From Eledone cirrhosa (taxonomy: Eukaryota), in NCBI GenBank assembly GCA_964016885.1, contig OZ024741.1:67642001-67706000 (forward strand): a stretch of 64,000 bases of DNA, written 5' to 3'. The notes under the pieces were generated by a model that saw only the letters and a list, made by a program, of their open reading frames with translations, was not told the DNA's origin and ran no database searches. Position 1 is the first letter of the stretch. Each line of letters begins with the position of its first letter. The position numbers and the translations under genes were made by a program. Of this stretch, positions 42,910 to 54,881 are shown piece by piece.

Positions 42910-43049
42910 ATACAGTTCGTTATCAATAATACAGGGAAAACACCACCAGTGTATGGAATCTATAACCTATGAAAGGCAGACTGCCTTTCATAGGTTATAG
43001 ATTCCATACACTGGTGGTTTTCCCCTGTATTATTGATAACGCACTGTAT
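42910..43049. repeat. ~70-bp-arm near-perfect palindrome with a 1-nt loop
   Basis: ...ccaccagtgtatggaatctataacctatgaaaggcag A ctgcctttcataggttatagattccatacactggtgg..., centre 42980. Confidence 0.97.
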
Positions 43050-43124
43050 TATTGATAACCAAAAACAATGGTTGCATTTTAATAGAGTACGTCAAAGCTT
43101 ATTTGTAAAACTGTTATATATTGT

Positions 43125-43190
43125 ATTTTGTTTGATGAAGGCATACCATAATTTAATTTGGTATCCCTGAAATATGTATAATGAAATAAA
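43125..43190 (+). ncRNA. degenerate minimal hammerhead ribozyme motif + AATAAA (PLE pseudo-LTR remnant)
   Basis: TTGATGA - stem II agg(c)atacca/tggtat(c)cct - GAAA tatgta, AATAAA at 43185, runs into (TA)n at 43320. Confidence 0.55.
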
Positions 43191-43316
43191 TATGGTTTTA
43201 TAAATATAGTTTCCATTTATTAATATCGTATATCTACTCCAAATACTTGTCGAGTGCTTTATATCAGTTATAAAAATATTTACTTGTTGTATCCCAACAA
43301 TTTTAAATAGAACTTT

Positions 43317-43360
<44 letters not shown>

Positions 43361-43470
43361 TAAAAGGAAAAGAAAATGCTGACAAATTGTTCCCAGTGAA
43401 AAATAGTTTAATTAGGAATAAGTAAAAATTAGTAATAAGTATTGGTTAGTATTCAGTTTTAGTTTTAAGT

Positions 43471-43506
43471 TTTTACCGGTTGCGCATTTCTAATGCTGTT
43501 CAAAAG
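43471..43506 (-). ncRNA. decayed hammerhead motif, same type as 46278
   Basis: Minus strand ctt TTGAACA gcat tagaa atgc GCAA ccggta; two core mutations relative to 46278, with a compensatory change in stem II. Confidence 0.55.
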
Positions 43507-43913
43507 TAATTTTGAGATAGAGCGCACGTGATGTTTGTTCTAATCTGATAAGTTTTGGAAATTCTACCTGTTTTATGTGAAAAAAGTGGCTCCAGAGGTA
43601 TTAAGATTTGGTTGGTTGTTGAATGCCACGTGAATGAGTACTATAAGTTTCACGCCAATTTGTGTTGCAAAAATTCTTGTAGTCAAAACAATTTTGATTG
43701 GTCGGTAGAGGTCACGTGAATGTTAAAAATTGATTTTGCGCCAAATGTAGGTTTGTCGAAGAGTGTCCTTTTTCGCCTGATTGAGAAGTCACTGAAAAAT
43801 AAGTCTTTTAAGACAAATATGTGTGTGTGTAGTAAAGAGGTTAATTGTTGTGATAATGGTCAGTAGGGATGTGTGTGTGAATTGCAGTCATACACCGTGT
43901 TTCCCCAATTATA

Positions 43914-45795
43914 CCGTGTTTCCCCAATTATAAGCCATGGCTTATATTAATTTTTACTCCGAAATGTACCACTACGGCTTATTTTCGTGGGAGGGGGCTC
44001 ATATACCGAAACAACGACACTACGAAACTGAAAATTACAAATTCGCTAAATGATTGGAAATTACGAAAAAACAATCGGCATTTACGCGCAATGTTTTCTT
44101 GAAACATCAAATTTATTAAAAATTAACAGAACGCTCATGAATTTTTTAATTCAAAAACTCATGAGCGAAATAATCCACTAATTTATTCAAAAATAATCAT
44201 GTCATCCTGCTATGGAATGTCATAGTTTTCCAAATCAGTGGATTCAATGATTCCTGTGGAATTTTCTTGTGACTCAATTGCCTGAAGAATTTTCGTCCCT
44301 AGTCTTTCATGTTGAGCGATAGAGGTCGACTTGAATGAAGAGTTCTTATCCAGATAGTCTGCTCGTAGTGCATTCATGACACAGCTATCTGTGATTTTGT
44401 TCCATCAATTTCCCACCCAAGTCACGATCTCTTGAAGTCTGGGCCTCACGAAATTTCTCCGCTCATTTCTCGCCATTCTGTTTTCGATGGAGTCATTTAT
44501 TTCCATGCCCAGATGGTCCTTGAATGGTTTGTTCAGTGCGATGTCAAGAGTCTGGAGATAGGCGGTCATTCCTGCGGGAATCATGGTTTGATCGATTCTT
44601 CTCACTGCAAGAAAGTTCTTCATATCTTTCGCGCGGTGGTGTTGGCTGAATCCCAGACTATGAGACCTCTTTGGGTTCCACGCAAAATTGCAAAATCAAT
44701 GGCAGCATGAAATCGACCCACTTCCTTAAAACTGCCTGTGCGCACCAGGCCTTTTCAGTTTCCAGAACATAGATACCTGAAACGCGTTCAATTTTATCTT
44801 TCTTCCCTTTAGTGATGATAAGAGGTGGGGTTTTGCTTCCGTCGAGACGAATTGCCAAGATACACGTAACTCATGCACTTTCATAACCAGTGGATGGAGT
44901 GTAAATTGACGACGCACCCCTTTGATCAATTGTAGATTGAGAGCTTTGACCCATGAATACTGCTGTTTCATCCAGAGCAATCATGTTGGAGAGAGGTTAG
45001 TTACAAAAGTCTATTTCATCAACAAACATAATTAAGTGCGAGTGCACGTTTAATAGTATCAGTATCGTCCAGTTTGAACAGAGACAATTCGTGTCGCTGA
45101 AGGAAATTATAGAGCCAGTGTTTGGATGCTTTGAATTCTTCTGGAACTATACCAAACTCTAGTGCATTTGTAAGGGCAAATGTTTGAATATCAGCCCTGT
45201 GAACAACCAAAGCTCTGGCTCTTCTTTCAGCAATCCATTCACAGATGGCGTCTTCCAGCTCAGGAAATATCGGTTGTCGACAAGATCCATGCGTACGTTT
45301 CTTTGCATTTCCCTCGTCCATGTCCTGACTGAGTTTATCGTAGTCCATTTTCCATCTTTGAACCATTCGGAGATCCAGATTCTTTTCTTTGCAGAAAATA
45401 GCAAGATTCTTGCTCAGTGATTCCTCCACAATTCCTTTCTTGTACTCGACTGTATAACTCTTCCTTCCTTTCATCTTGTCTAGGGCTGGAAATGATCTTC
45501 TCCCCTGAAGTTACTGATAAGCCATTACTTCCAGTTTGTACCCGCATTTGCATAAACAATATTGATTGCACGTACTTCACCCTTTCCTTTCGTTAATTTC
45601 ATTATCGATTTTTTCACTTCCGCGCATTCCACAAACTTCTTATACACCCGCTTATCAGTTAGTTTTACATTAAGATACAATCCTGTTCTATAATGGCTGA
45701 TTGCGCCAATTTTCATAACTGGCCATTTCTTTCTTTTGGCGTTCATTTTAGCTACGGCCTATTTTCGGGGGTGGCTTATAATGGGCGAAACACGT
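43914..45795 (-). mobile_element. pogo/Tc2-type (Tc1/mariner superfamily) DNA transposon, full length but decayed
   Basis: TIRs ccgtgtttccccaattataagcca (43914) and tggcttataatgggcgaaacacgt (ends 45795), TA on both flanks, internal transposase. Confidence 0.9.
44183..45474 (-). pseudogene. pogo-like transposase pseudogene (CENP-B-type HTH + DDE_1)
   Basis: RKSYTVEYK, FPELEDAICEWI, FKASKHWLYNFLQRH (HTH); ALDETAV, DGSKTPPLII, KAW, IPAGMTAYLQTLDIALNKPFK (DDE_1); frameshifts and stops between ORFs 45019..45474, 44658..44858 and 44405..44623. Confidence 0.9.
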
Positions 45796-45829
<34 letters not shown>

Positions 45830-45948
45830 TAATTTAATATATCAGCTAACATAGGCGCACAGATGCACGTCCATGCCAGCAAATACACAGTATGTCATAA
45901 TACCTAGGTGGTTCAATGCAGGAGGGTGCAGAACAATAATATAAAAGA

Positions 45949-46114
45949 CGTAAGATAAGAAAATATTTTTTTAAAAAAAATTTTAAAAAAGTTTTTTTAC
46001 TTACTTACTTAAATTTTCACTCCAACTAATTAGTTTCTGCAATGGGATAAAGACAGTTACGTAATCCAACTGTCGCATTTTTTTAAAAAAAATATTTTCT
46101 TATCTTACGTCTTT

Positions 46115-46119
<5 letters not shown>
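45949..46119. repeat. ~40-bp inverted repeat enclosing the 3' half of a hammerhead motif
   Basis: atataaaagacgtaagataagaaaatattttttt (45949) versus aaaaaaaatattttcttatcttacgtcttttatat (to 46119); inside, the minus strand reads tgc gacagtt..aactgtc..gca GAAAC taatta GTT ggagtg. Confidence 0.8.
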
Positions 46120-46145
<26 letters not shown>

Positions 46146-46277
46146 GTGAGGTTTTCTTTTACAGAATGAAAAATAACCGAGATGTCCTACACGAGTGAAA
46201 GTATAAAGAAAAAAAGATGAAATCGAAAATGCAACTGTAGTCTTATTTAAAAACATCTATTTATATTTATTTGGTTC

Positions 46278-46313
46278 CTTTACCGGTTTCGCAGTTCTTC
46301 TGCTTTTCAAAAG
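46278..46313 (-). ncRNA. minimal type I hammerhead ribozyme, U3-A8 core variant
   Basis: Minus strand ctt TTGAAAA gcag aagaa ctgc GAAA c cg GTA aag, then AATAAA and (TA)n ~130 nt downstream. Confidence 0.75.
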
Positions 46314-46409
46314 TAGAGTTGAGATGGAGGGTCTGTGGTTTTTCTCATATATACATGTATATATGAAAGAAAAGAGAATCAGTGTTGCGACGAATGGAAT
46401 TTATTGGAC

Positions 46410-46499
46410 ATATTACAATCGTTTCTCTGGGTACCAGCTCGAGGCACGATCGATGTGATGATCGAACCTGACTCTGAAAATCGCAAGGTCCTCAGATAT
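46410..46499 (-). ncRNA. type I hammerhead motif with canonical core and a long stem II insert
   Basis: Minus strand atat CTGAGGA [~60 nt] GAAAC gatt GTA atat, AATAAA 4 nt later, TA-rich tract at ~46347-46365. Confidence 0.65.
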
Positions 46500-46529
46500 A
46501 ACTTGATTCTACGATGCATATTTTCCTAA

Positions 46530-49045
46530 TTAGGGAAATCTGCATCGTCGCTCATATCTATACCCAAGACTTGTATCGATTTCGACTATAGAATATCGGT
46601 CCCACCTGGTCCGGTGTTGTACTGTATTTGTGTTTGCAGGTTTGTATTGTAGGGCTTGGAATTTGCCAGCATTAAACTGCATGTTGTTGTCTTCCGCCCA
46701 TTTGTATATGGCATCCAGATCTTGTTGTAAAAGGGCAGCGACAGCCGGGTTTTTGATTGCCTGTGCTACCTTAGTGTCATCAGCATAGCTAGTGAGGGAT
46801 GTTGTATGTACTACAGAGGGCATGTCTGAGAGAGCCACCAAAAATAGTAGTAATCCCAGGACTGTGCCTTGGGGCACCCCACTTGTTATTGATGTTTCCT
46901 TTGAGAAGGCCCCGTTTGCTGCGACTGTCTGGCTTCTGTCCTTTAAGAAGTCATGAAGCCACTCACCTACTTTTTTCCAGTTATGCCGAGTCTGTGTAGT
47001 TTGTGACATATCATTCCGTGGTCGACCTTTTCAAAGGCCTTCGCAAAGTCAAGATATATCACGTTTACATGTTGTGCGCTGTCTAACAGTTGTTTCAGTA
47101 CCCAGTCGTAGTGATGTAGCAGCTGTGTAAGGCAGCCTCTTCCTGAGCGAAAGACATGCTGCGTGCTAGTCAGGCGGTCATTTTCCTCGAGGAAAGTGAT
47201 CAGTTTCTTTCTGATGATTCGTTCCATGACTTTACTGATATGTGACGTCAGGGAGACTAGCCTATAGTTTTTGGCCTCCACTCTCCTACCTCCTTTTATG
47301 GATAGGACATATTGTGCCTTCTTTCAGCTCCATGGGTAGTCTACCGCTATCCAAGGAGCTTCTGAAGAGCGTCGTCAGTGGAGTTGCTAAGGCCTGCTTA
47401 TATTTTTTTATGAGGACTGCTGGGAATCCATCAGGTCCAGCAGCTAAGTATGTGCTAATTTCATCTATACCACATCCTCCTCCGTTATGTCTATGTGGTT
47501 GATGGTCGCAATTTCTTCATGGAGTGTTGTGGCATCAAAGAAATCCTCTGGCTTTGTTATTTGCATGTGTCTCAGTGGACATGTGAACACACTTTTGTAC
47601 TGTTCGTTCAATGTTTCACTTATCTCTTGGGGATTCTCGGTTAATGAACCATCTTTATGGAAGAGTGGCCCAATCTTGCAGTGTACCGAGACAGTCTCTT
47701 TTGCAAATTTAAAGAAGGCCTTAGGGTTTGTTTTAATATTTTCTATGGCCCTGCTTTCTGTCTTTGCCCTCTCATTTACATGGAAAAGTTTGAGTGCAAT
47801 CTCGATGTCAAGTAGTGCACGTTTCAAATAGGATTCCTTCTTGTTTTTGATTTCTTGTGCATTCAGCTGGTTTCTTCGTCTCATAAGAATTTTCCTATCT
47901 CTGGGAATATGATTTTTGTGTTTGTTGGCCTTTTTCTCCGGGACAAACTTTTGGCATATAGTTTGTATCGTTGTCATGAAGTGTTGAAATTCTGTGTTGG
48001 TGTTGTCGCTCCATATTTGCTTCCGGATTTCTCTCTTGATCTTTTTCCAGTTAGCCTTGTAGAAGTTAAGGCTGGATAAGGTCCCAGTGCCTCTTGATGG
48101 TTGTATCTCTGTTGATTCTCTCGGACCACATATCAATAGTTCTACTAAGTTATGATCCGAGAAAATTGTTGGTATCACCTTTATATTGTGGATGAGCACT
48201 CCGTTGTTCGTAAAACAGAGATCTAGGACATTCTCGCCTCTTGTTGGGAGGAGTACTGTTTGTTCCATTAACAGCCTGTGTGTGAGGACCAGCAGGGACT
48301 CCGTCTGTCTCTGTTATATTGATGTCATTCGAGGGAGGAGGTGGCCCTCAGGCCATTTGACTTTGGCAAGTTGAAGTCTCCCAGCAGTAGAATGTTGAGA
48401 CCCTGATCCAGTTTGTCAAGGACCTCTTCTATCCTACTGAGGCTATCCTCAAATTTACCCTCATGACTGGGGGCATCGGGCAGCCGATATGTGACACATA
48501 TTACTGTCTTTAGTTGCTTCATATGTACTATCAGTGTGTCACAGACTGAGTTTGAATGTGTCAACAGTACAATTGGTGTGACATCTTCACGGATATACAG
48601 AGCAACCCCACCATGAGTTCTTTCCTTCCTGTCCGAACGAAATACAGGATATTTTAGTATATGTATTTCCGCATGTTGATATACTGCTTGTCAGGTGCAT
48701 TTCGGTTAGTGCCATGCATAATGCTTGATCGCTTATGCTAAGATGGGCATAGTTCGCTTGGGGCCTGGGGTGAGCGAATCTGCAGCCTGTCCCTGTTTCT
48801 CCATGCCAGCAGGTCCCGTTCCTGAAGAACTTGCACGTTACCTGGGTTTTCTTGCTCCCAGTGTCTCGGCGCCTTCTGCACTTCCTTTGGGCAGTTGTCC
48901 ACTGGTCCCTCTCTGCTTGGTTTTCTTTCGGAAGGTGATTTCGCTTCTCACCTTTACCGTCTGCTTGTTGGTTGCCCGGCCTGCCTTCCCTGACTGTGGC
49001 GGCGGGTATCTCATTTTCATTCAGGTCCGTGCTTTCTTTCTTTTC
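46530..49045 (-). mobile_element. CR1-group LINE (APE endonuclease + RT), decayed, 3'-truncated, with an ORF1 remnant
   Basis: APE: ALTEMHL, GDFNLP, PTRGENVLDL, SDHNLV. RT: NYRLVSLTSHISKVMERII, YLDFAKAFEKVDH, GVPQGTVLG, YADDTK, LQQDLDAIYKWA. ORF1-like CCCH motif CKFFRNGTCWHGETGTGCRFAHP. Multiple frameshifts. Confidence 0.9.
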
Positions 49046-49229
49046 TTTTATATATATATATATATGTGTTATTTGATTCGGGCAATACAAGTATTTCTAT
49101 CCCTGGCTTCGATGGTAATATCTTCATTTGTGATTTGGCACTTATCTATTAACTTCTCGGAGAATGATGCGTTATGGCAGTATATTAACAGCACAAAATA
49201 TCCTGTTCCAAATTAGTTTCCACAACCGT

Positions 49230-49275
49230 TATACTGATGAAGGAGCTGAATCCCGAAATCGTAAGGACTAATAAA
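49230..49275 (+). ncRNA. degenerate hammerhead motif + AATAAA
   Basis: CTGATGA a gga gctgaa tcc c GAAA tcGTA aggact AATAAA; stem I weak. Confidence 0.5.
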
Positions 49276-49442
49276 CAACTAGAAGGTAAGATTGTGGCTT
49301 CTTCGTTATTGTAGTTTTAGTATTTAATGTTCCAATGTGCATTGCAGTAGGCCTCTAATTAAACCAACATTTGCTACACTTTGCTCAAGGTATCAATCAG
49401 CTTACAATTCCCTATTAAATTCTATACACACACACTAACAAA

Positions 49443-49543
<101 letters not shown>

Positions 49544-50429
49544 GAGTGTGTGTGTGTGTGTTTGTATACATTTGTATATATGTATTTGTGTGTACGTGTG
49601 TATGTTTGTGTCAAGGGAACACAATGAAAATCCGGAGAAGGCGGACAAACAGAGATTTCCCACTTGTGTCGTCTTGTCTAGTAATTTATTGCCTTTTATC
49701 ATTCCATTTTTATACACAAAAGATATATTTCTTGTGGACTACTTAAGCTGTATTAGCCACCTGAAACCACAATGATGTACAGGTCACAGGTGCTGAGTGG
49801 GATATCTCTGTTTGTCTATCTGCTCCAAGTTATCAGTATCCGACGTTTAGGCCCCAGTTGTATTTATTATCATAATCGACATAGAACATTTTCATACGTA
49901 AATTAACACATTTCCTAATCTTGTTACTTCATTCTTTCCTATGTCCTTCTCTCACCTCTCCATTGTTCTCTCTCTTTACACCACTGACTCCATTTGTTTC
50001 CTTACTGCCATTCTCCATCCAATACTTCCACTTCTTATCACCATCTACTCAGCCTATCTTAGACAAACTTAAACTGGTCCTTTCTCTTCTTGTCGACTCC
50101 TGTCCTTTATTAGTTCAAGAGCTTCTGTTTGAACTAGCGACGGAAATCCTTTCGTCATGTCCGTTACCGTCACATATCACCACATTTTTCTTATTTTCCG
50201 TGCATTTATGTTACTTATTTTCGTATTTTGGTGAGCCAGGGAAAGTGGTACTGTCCTAAGTACTCTAAACTCCAAAGACACTCAAACAACTATTGATGAA
50301 TTGAAAACCTCCGTTTATCCATCTGATCCGAGCTTTCAGTGCCCCTAGTTTTTTTTCCTTGTGATATGGTTTCTACTTAAATACATTGTCGTAACCGAAA
50401 CAGCCCATAGTGATATATATATATATGTA

Positions 50430-50520
50430 CTAGCTGGCCCGTCCGGCTGGCGCCGGTCAGGTATACCTGCTCCCACCACTCCACTGCAAAGATACCACAC
50501 ACACTCCCGTGTCACATTGT

Positions 50521-50586
<66 letters not shown>

Positions 50587-50855
50587 GTGTATATATTGAA
50601 GGGAGATACGGAAACTAAAACAGTGTTGTCATATAGAGAGTGAAGAGCGACAGAGAGAGTAAAGCAGTTAAATTATAGAGAGGGCGAATGATGTTACATA
50701 CATACATGCATACATACATACATAACATACATACATACATACATATAAAGTATAGATATGTGTGTGTGTGTTTGTGTATGTGTGTATGTGTCTGTGTGTG
50801 TGTCTGTGTGTTTTGTTTTGATGTTATCCGGCAATTGGCGAAATCAGGTGTGAAA

Positions 50856-50939
<84 letters not shown>

Positions 50940-51933
50940 TATGCGAGCGACGACAGAAAATGTGTGTGGGATACATACATTATTATATTTGTATTTTCGT
51001 TCTGCAACCATTATATTACGATTTTGTATCCAAATGATTTTAGATGTATGTATTACCTTCTTGCCCGTCCCTCTGTTTCTCTTTCCCTGTCTCTCTCTCT
51101 CGTCTCTCCTCCCTCTCTCTCGTCTCTCCTCTCTCTCTCTTTAGATGTGTGCGTGTGTGTAGTTTTCCTAATCTGTCTCTTTCACTCTCTGTCTCTATAA
51201 GAGGGTAGCCTTTTGATGTATGTATTACCTGCTTGTGTGTTGACCGAATTTGAAGGAGGTTATCCTTTTGAAATAAACATACATACAACGCTCATCTCTA
51301 TGTTGATATCTGATATAAATAATGGGATTGATGAGTTAATATCTGTATACAACAACTACAACGGTACGCGATGGGGCCCACCCACAGAATGGAGAAGGCG
51401 TTTCCCCGGAGGACGGCAAGGGAGACGCGCTGGAAAAGTCACTCCAACTCCGGGGTTCACACCTGCGGCTGGCCAGCTCAGCGCCTATGTTGGTGAGTAA
51501 GGAGGTAACCCCGGGGCCGAGGACACCAGAAGTCTCCACTGCCAGGGATACGACCGCAAACTTGTCGGAGAGCGACCGGATTTGAGGAGTTTGGCTCCCT
51601 CAGCCCGACGTGCAGCAGAACCTGGGTATATATTGATATATTGAAGGTAGATACGGAAAGTAAAAGAGTGTTGTTATATAGAGATTGAAGAGAGACAGAG
51701 AGAAAAGCAGTTAAATTATAAAGAGGGTGAAAGAGGGAGAGAGAGACGACGCTCAGTTTTATAATATTAGAGAGTGAAGAGCGACAGACAGAGTAAACCA
51801 GTTAAATTATAGAGAGGAGGAATGATCTATTATAGAGAGAGGGAAGAGCGACGGATAGAGTAAAGCTAAGAAACTATAGGGAGGTGTTTAAGATACATAC
51901 ATACATAATACATACACACAACACTCAGCTTTA

Positions 51934-51945
<12 letters not shown>
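50430..51945 (-). mobile_element. non-autonomous Helitron-like element (composite)
   Basis: Minus-strand 3' end has GC hairpin ccggc gcca gccgg followed by CTAG|T at 50430; 5'-end motif tataaagctgagtgt at ~51921-51940 is shared with the element at 59432; internal ~100-bp direct repeats (50590, 51636, 51769) and microsatellites. Confidence 0.7.
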
Positions 51946-51991
<46 letters not shown>

Positions 51992-52144
51992 TAAGATGTA
52001 TGGTAGGTCGTATGTGAATCGCGATGATCACGTCTGACCTACCAAATATGTGACGGTAGCTAGTTAAGCTCTATGCGTATACGCAGAGCAGAAATATTAG
52101 TGAAAAAGAACAAAGGAACTATTATGACATTATAACAAGTTTAT

Positions 52145-52191
52145 TGCCGACAGCCGTTTCGTCCGACCACATGGTGGGACTTTTCAAGGCA
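52145..52191 (-). ncRNA. minimal type I hammerhead ribozyme, U3-A8 core variant
   Basis: Minus strand tgcc TTGAAAA gtcc caccatgtggtc ggac GAAAC ggct GTC ggca, overlapping AATAAA immediately after. Confidence 0.8.
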
Positions 52192-53056
52192 TATAACATG
52201 TGATTGTAAGATCATTATTTACATCAACGTATCACTCAAGGCTAGCAGTTTGAAATTGTGGTATACATCAGCAACTCCGCCTGTATAGTTGGGGTCTATA
52301 TTTTAAGGGGGCTCTTTTATATTAGTTGTCGGGGTCAGGGATTGAAGTTTAAAAATTAGATAATATATAATTTACGCATTAACAGTAAACTAAAAACTTG
52401 GGGTCCCGTAGAAGCACCTTAGAAAATCCCTCAATAAGTGCATAAAGCTTACAGGCTCCAATAAACCTACTAGACTAGAAGAAATTAAGAGGCTAATAAA
52501 ATAAAAAATAAAAATATAAAGTTTCCCTAAAAAATATATAAAGTTTCCTATGAAATTCCTTCTAGAGAAAAAAAATTTTTTCCGAAAGAAAAAAACCTTC
52601 TTCCCCCGAGATCACGTTTACAAATTTCAGAAAACTTACGAAGTTTTGATATTCCCTTCTAAGCTGAAAGAAACTAATCAATTAAAGGTTAATTTAAAGA
52701 GCCTTCTATAATTCTCTCAGAAAAGGCCCCTTTAATATTTTTAATAGGAACTTCTTCCGAGAGACCCTTCGAAGAATTAAAATTTTAGAGAGCCTTTAAG
52801 GATATATATAAAAACAAATTGAGGAAAATTATACATTAAAAGTTAAAAATTACGGTATTTGGGATATCCGAGGAATTCTCAAAGGGCTGCTTCAACAGAT
52901 ACAACTTAGGCATAATATATACAATAATTTAAGTAATTTAAGTAATTTAATTAGGGAGCAATTCAAGGAGTTTATCAAGTTGGGCAAGATTAAAGAAAGT
53001 GGTAAATAAGAAAATACATAAGCAAAAAGACAATAATTATAAAATGTATTTTTAAG

Positions 53057-53388
53057 AAGGTATAAGGTAGCTTCAGTAATCTAACAATGTATTATCACAA
53101 ACAATTATTATAAAATTATTGATACAGGATTAACAAAGACATAATAATATATATTCCTGCCTAATTAAGGTATAAGGTAGCTTCAGTAATCTAACAATAT
53201 ATTATCACAAAAAAATATTATAAAATTATTGATACAGGATTAACAAAGACATAATAATATATATTCCTGCCTAATTAAGGTATAAGGTAGCTTCAGTAAT
53301 CTAACAATATATTATCACAAAAAAATATTATAAAATTATTGATACAGGATTAACAAAGACATAATAATATATATTCCTGCCTAATTAA
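53057..53388. repeat. 110-bp tandem repeat x3, followed by two diverged ~130-bp units to ~53605
   Basis: aaggtataaggtagcttcagtaatctaac... starts at 53057, 53167 and 53277; tattcctgcctaattaacaa...gggatatcccgcg..cggata occurs twice afterwards. Confidence 0.95.
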
Positions 53389-54881
53389 CAAGTAATCAAA
53401 ACACTATTAACAGTCAGGCAAAATTAGCTCCGGGATATCCCGCGTTCGGATACTTTACACACACACAGCAACACATAGGATTAGCACAGACACAATGGTA
53501 TATTCCTGCCTAATTAACAAACAATCGATTAACAATTGATTGTCAAGAAAATGTACTCAGGGATATCCCGCGCACGGATATTTACATACATACAACAGGA
53601 TGAACAGTACTGGTGACCGTGTGGGCGCGATATCCATTATGCGTATGTAGTCATCTGCATAGCTCCAGGCACAGCTGGTCTTGTTTAAAAGTTCATGGAT
53701 CAACTGGGATTCACTATCAGCTGCGTGGACTCTCTGGGAGATGTACCTGTGGATCTAATAGCTAGTGGTTGCTGGATGTGGTCCGTTCGATCTTTTAGTT
53801 TCAGGGGTTGTACGCTTTCGCGATAGACCAGCCTGCCGGTTCTAAGTCCAAGGTCTCGCTACGTAGGATGTATTGGTCTACATGCTATATTGTTAAAAAA
53901 AACCAGTGTGGATTTGACTGGGGTGGTATATTACGAACTCCAAGCCCACACGCGACTGGTCAAAAGCGAAGGCTGTCCCCTCTTTGTTTGCTGTATGGGT
54001 CGGTCCCAGCTTAGATGGTGGTCGTGTTATCCATATTCCGTCAGCCCTGTATATTCAAGACAGATCAGGGTATATATTTGCGGGTATGGTCCGGCGTCTA
54101 CGTTATCCAGAGGGTCTCGCTTGTGGTATTTTCAAGTTCGCATGTCATCTCCCGGTTAAGACTGCGCATGCTTCGGTGAATCTCATGCATGAAATCTTAG
54201 GGTATCGTATTACACGGGTTGACTAGCAGAAAATATACATTCTATGCTATCGCGCACGTGCTGGCCTGTGGCTACGACCGTGTCCAGTCTCGGGTAGTAG
54301 CAGACAGCAGGTAGACCAGCTATACACACCCCTGTTCAAGGGGCACAACCCCTAACTTATCGAGTGGTCAGACTTCAAGGGAGTCAACTCTCCAAGCCCA
54401 TTAAGTCGACTGTGGTGAAATACAAAAAATTCCTATTAGTAAAGAACTAATCACTGATAATAAAGAACCAACTCAAAAGAATGGGGAGGGGCATCTATTT
54501 GGGCGGGGGTTTACTAAGGGAGGGGGTGGGGGTGAGTGGCTATAGGCAGGGAGCGGCCGCCATATTGGGTGTTTTGTTACTGTTTCCCTGGGCATGTTCT
54601 CGAGTTTGTTGACATACATCTCCGACGGCACCTTCCCAGATTAGTCAACGTGGTTCCAGGCACTCACAATGTCCTACATCGCAGGCATCAGCTGCCCCCA
54701 GGGTGCCCAGCAATAATGTTGCCACTAATCCCAGGTTGGCAAGTGGGACACAGGGTCGTCTGTTCCTCACCAGAGTCCCCATCGCCAATCGGGGAGCCGA
54801 GGCATCCATGCGGCCGGGGTTACTAAAGAGCACCCTGTTCGCCAGCGGGGCCGCCAAGTGCAGGATTGGGTGGTGTCAGGG

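Noticed and set aside
51560-51628. HDV-like ribozyme around ggc tccctca gcc
   Set aside because: A P3/L3-like hairpin is present, but P1 is short and the GG for P1.1 and the P4/J4-2 elements are missing.
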